From a virus (lineage: Duplodnaviria; Caudoviricetes): a stretch of DNA of 43,995 nt. The notes below the pieces were generated by a model. The model was not told where the DNA came from and did not search any database. It worked only from the letters and a program-made list of their open reading frames with translations. The position numbers and the translations under genes were made by a program. The stretch lies in the IMG/VR virus record IMGVR_UViG_3300009678_000081, positions 1 through 43,995 of that record. One strand, 5' to 3'. Positions 43,826-43,995 of this stretch are shown here, in pieces. Numbering within the stretch: position 1 is the stretch's first letter; every line of letters starts with the position of its first letter.

Positions 43826-43995
43826 TCCCCGCACTACGCATCATCCAGGACGCCGTCCGCGTCGTCCTACGGCTCCCGGGCGCGTCGTGGGCCCTGATGG
43901 TCACGGACGAGGACGGCGTCGGGAACGACCCGCTCTACGGCGTGCTCACGATAGTCACGCCGTCGGGCCAGGGCGCGGCGACGCGCGAGGCGATC
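43822..43995 (+). CDS. Hypothetical protein, 5' part; continues through the junction to position 225
   Basis: ATG 43822 with GGAGG RBS, open through the terminal repeat. Confidence 0.7.
   Translation, partial: MIPALRIIQDAVRVVLRLPGASWALMVTDEDGVGNDPLYGVLTIVTPSGQGAATREAI
43873..43995. repeat. Terminal direct repeat, right copy
   Basis: Identical to 1-123. Confidence 0.95.

Noticed and set aside
43873-43995. 123-bp repeat as a biological T7-like terminal repeat
   Set aside because: It lies in the middle of a coding ORF in the replication arm, so it is more simply explained as assembler overlap of a circular or permuted genome
1-43995. tRNA genes, integrase/att site, diversity-generating retroelement
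   Set aside because: No cloverleaf with T-loop consensus in the few gaps, no recombinase motifs, and no reverse transcriptase or TR/VR pair seen

Overview
The window appears to be one complete, circularly assembled, GC-rich tailed dsDNA phage genome. Bases 1-123 recur at 43873-43995, giving a unit length of about 43,872 bp. The architecture is podovirus-like, with no tape measure, integrase or RNA polymerase recognised. Two arms diverge from a control region at ~37.3-37.8 kb and converge on a bidirectional terminator at ~9.6 kb. The + strand arm carries ~20 small early ORFs behind sigma70-type promoters, then a replication block (RecA/AAA helicase, PD-(D/E)XK nuclease, AEP primase, Sak4-like ATPase, SSB-like protein, HNH, PolA with an N-terminal UDG-like domain, and a deoxyribosyltransferase-like/dNTP-diphosphohydrolase fusion), then an M15 endolysin and GroES. 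The - strand arm carries an HTH/TerS candidate, GNAT, DegT-type sugar aminotransferase, GT2, TerL, DEDDy exonuclease, portal, scaffold, major capsid, GT-B glycosyltransferase, adaptor, nozzle, tail fibre, four putative ejection proteins and holin-like genes. The most notable signals are: (1) an amino-sugar synthesis, acylation and transfer gene set built into the morphogenesis operon, a candidate virion glycosylation system; (2) an OGG1-like HhH glycosylase domain inside a putative injected protein; (3) apparent genome-wide purge of SAGCTS and RGATCY sites through rare synonymous codons; (4) two related structured intergenic elements in the late operon. All protein calls come from motif recognition by eye, not database searches.
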